Positions 61,829 through 64,000 of a DNA stretch of 64,000 nucleotides are shown here, in pieces. The translations under genes and the position numbers were made by a program. Source of the DNA: Calditrichaceae bacterium (GTDB lineage: Bacteria; Calditrichota; Calditrichia; Calditrichales; JBFXGD01); NCBI GenBank assembly GCA_050173015.1, contig JBFXLE010000008.1, positions 584 to 64,583 on the forward strand. The letters run 5' to 3'. Position 1 is the first letter of the stretch. Every line of letters starts with the position of its first letter. Under the pieces are notes generated by a model, which saw only the letters and a program-made list of their open reading frames with translations, searched no databases and was not told where the DNA came from.

Positions 61829-64000
61829 CTACTTAACGACCGCTTTTTTTTGCTTCTTTGACAATTCAAATGCTTTCGACAGAATCGCCTGTTGTTCCGC
61901 GATGTGCGTTTTATAGTAACCGGTGGCCGGGCTCGCGCTTTCGTCTCTCGAAATGACTTCCAGCGGAACGCTTTTATATTTCCGATTTATAAATGACCAG
62001 GCTCCGCTGTTCTCAGGTTCTTCCTGAACCCAGATGAGGCGCTCAGCCTTTTTATACTTTTTGACGATGAACTCCAATTCGTTCTGCGGAAGCGGATAAA
62101 GTTGTTCGACGCGCACAATAGCCACATCTTTTCTTGCTTCTTCCTGCTTCTTTGCCAACAGTTCATAGTATATTTTCCCGGAACAGAACAATATACGATT
62201 TACATCAGTCGGATCCGCGGATTCATCATCAATGACTCTTTTGAACCCGATTTCTGTAAAATCCCTGAGATCACTGACACAAAGAGGATTCCGTAATAAA
62301 CTTTTTGGCGTAAACGCAACGAGAGGCACCCGGAACGGATACTTCATGTGCATTCGTAACGCATGGAAAAGATTGGCAGGTGTGGTACAGTTAATCACCT
62401 GCATATTATCGTGCGCGCATAGAGAAAGAAATCGTTCAATCCTTGCTGATGAGTGTTCCGGCCCCTGTCCTTCATACCCGTGCGGCAAATATAAAACAAG
62501 TCCGTTGCTGCGGTTCCATTTGGCTTCGGAACTGGATATAAACTGATCTATAATAATTTGCGCCCCGTTGTTAAAATCCCCGAATTGCGCTTCCCAAACG
62601 ACAAGTCCGTCCGGATTTGCGCATGAATAACCGTATTCAAAACCAAGAACCGCGTATTCCGACAGGAGTGAATCGATTATTTGGAACCGGGCCTGGTTTT
62701 CGCCCACATTATTCAGGGGAGAATATTCATCTTCCGTCTCTTCATCTCTAATAATAGCATGACGGTGTGAAAAAGTTCCTCTTTCAGAATCCTGACCGCT
62801 TATACGCACCGGCACCCCTTCATCGAGAAGAGTTGCATACGCGAGCATTTCGCCGATTGCCCAGTCAAAATTCTGCCCTGCCGTGAAACGACTAAAACGT
62901 TCTTCATAAAGCTTCTTAATTTTACTAAAGGGCTTAAATTGTTCAGGTATCGAGAACAGATTTTTCCCGATCTCGAGCAACTTTTTCTTGTCAACTCTGG
63001 TTTCCGGAATCGGATCGAATATCTGTCCGGCCTGACGCGTTTTTAGATCGCAATCATCCGAAAAAGTAGGAGAAGTCTTACCATATTTTTTGGCTTTTGC
63101 CTGCTCAAGGTCTTCCTGAAGCATCTGTCGGAATTGCTTCTCCATCTCCCTGGCCATATTTTTTTCAACACTTCCCGTTTTAAGAAGTTTTTCGTTATAA
63201 ATTTCTCTCGGATTGGGGTGTTTCGCGATGGTTTTATATAATTTTGGTTGAGTGAATCGCGGTTCGTCGCCTTCATTATGTCCGTATCGGCGGTAACCAA
63301 GAAGATCTATAAACACATCCGTATGAAAAATCTGACGGTATTCCATCGCTATTTGAACAGCAAGAACGACGGCTTCGGCATCATCCGCGTTCACATGAAA
63401 AACAGGCGACAGAGTCACTTTGGCCACATCCGTACAATAAGTGCTGGAGCGGCCATCAAGATAATTTGTTGTAAATCCCAATTGATTATTCACCACGAGA
63501 TGTATTGTACCGCCGGTCCGGTACCCTTTGAGCAGTGACATTTGAATAACTTCAAATACCACACCCTGAGCGGCAATCGCAGCGTCTCCATGAATCAGAA
63601 CAGGAGCAATTTTGCTCTCATCACCGTCATATTTTGAATCAATTTTAGCTCGTACCATACCTTCAACAACGGGATCGACCGCTTCCAGGTGGGACGGATT
63701 TGGCGCGAGTCCCAATTTGACTCTTTTACCGTTTTGAGTTGTCACCTCGGATGTATATCCCAGATGGTATTTCACATCCCCGGCGAAAACCGCGTCGGCA
63801 TACTCTTCGCCTTCAAATTCCGAAAATATCTCCTCATAGTCCTTGTTTAAGATATTCGAGAGGACATTTAACCGTCCCCGGTGCGGCATCCCGATCATAA
63901 ATTCTTCAATTCCAAGTTCGGCGCCTTTCTCAATCATGGCATCCAGACCCGGGATTAGCGTTTCCCCACCCTGAAGAGAAAACCGTTTTTGGCCGACATA
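61829..64000 (-). CDS. sucA: 2-oxoglutarate dehydrogenase E1 (5' end outside the window)
   Basis: GMPHRGRLN, GDVKYH, HGDAA, GHNEGD, WEAQFGDF; the frame stays open to the window edge. Confidence 0.98.
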   Translation of the reverse strand, partial: YVGQKRFSLQGGETLIPGLDAMIEKGAELGIEEFMIGMPHRGRLNVLSNILNKDYEEIFSEFEGEEYADAVFAGDVKYHLGYTSEVTTQNGKRVKLGLAPNPSHLEAVDPVVEGMVRAKIDSKYDGDESKIAPVLIHGDAAIAAQGVVFEVIQMSLLKGYRTGGTIHLVVNNQLGFTTNYLDGRSSTYCTDVAKVTLSPVFHVNADDAEAVVLAVQIAMEYRQIFHTDVFIDLLGYRRYGHNEGDEPRFTQPKLYKTIAKHPNPREIYNEKLLKTGSVEKNMAREMEKQFRQMLQEDLEQAKAKKYGKTSPTFSDDCDLKTRQAGQIFDPIPETRVDKKKLLEIGKNLFSIPEQFKPFSKIKKLYEERFSRFTAGQNFDWAIGEMLAYATLLDEGVPVRISGQDSERGTFSHRHAIIRDEETEDEYSPLNNVGENQARFQIIDSLLSEYAVLGFEYGYSCANPDGLVVWEAQFGDFNNGAQIIIDQFISSSEAKWNRSNGLVLYLPHGYEGQGPEHSSARIERFLSLCAHDNMQVINCTTPANLFHALRMHMKYPFRVPLVAFTPKSLLRNPLCVSDLRDFTEIGFKRVIDDESADPTDVNRILFCSGKIYYELLAKKQEEARKDVAIVRVEQLYPLPQNELEFIVKKYKKAERLIWVQEEPENSGAWSFINRKYKSVPLEVISRDESASPATGYYKTHIAEQQAILSKAFELSKKQKKAVVK

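Overview
Bacterial chromosomal window from a diderm, moderately AT-rich organism. Gene content and order suggest the FCB group or Calditrichota, but that is inference only. From about 21 kb onward it is mostly housekeeping: the rimP-nusA-infB-DUF503-rbfA-truB-ribF-rpsO-pnp operon with an unusual tail, sodA, an LPS core/lipid A cluster, ppiD, pheA, a ROK kinase, sucB and a partial sucA. The left end holds a diverged ~272 bp tandem repeat that runs into uvrB, an ECF sigma/anti-sigma/DUF4097 operon and marR-yceI. The most notable region is a co-oriented accessory cluster at ~6.7-18.3 kb. It encodes two paralogous TetR regulators with a shared GTTAGT-N8-ACTAAC operator and three paralogous ~7-TM His-containing proteins. 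It also encodes a ~12-TM protein whose His pattern resembles, but departs from, heme-copper oxidase subunit I, translationally coupled to an FGE/NirV-like lipoprotein and followed by a heme O synthase. A further membrane protein, a FadL-type outer-membrane channel and two FmdE-like proteins complete the cluster. This looks like an uncharacterised prenyl-heme membrane redox or detoxification system. Other oddities are a cNMP-domain-AspA fusion, an alanine dehydrogenase homologue lacking its catalytic residues, a TsaC-LMW phosphatase fusion, two TagF-like transferases in an LPS cluster and an ADP-ribosylhydrolase-Nudix pair next to sucAB. No rRNA, tRNA, CRISPR array or transposase was recognised. 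All family calls come from motif recognition by eye; no database search was run.
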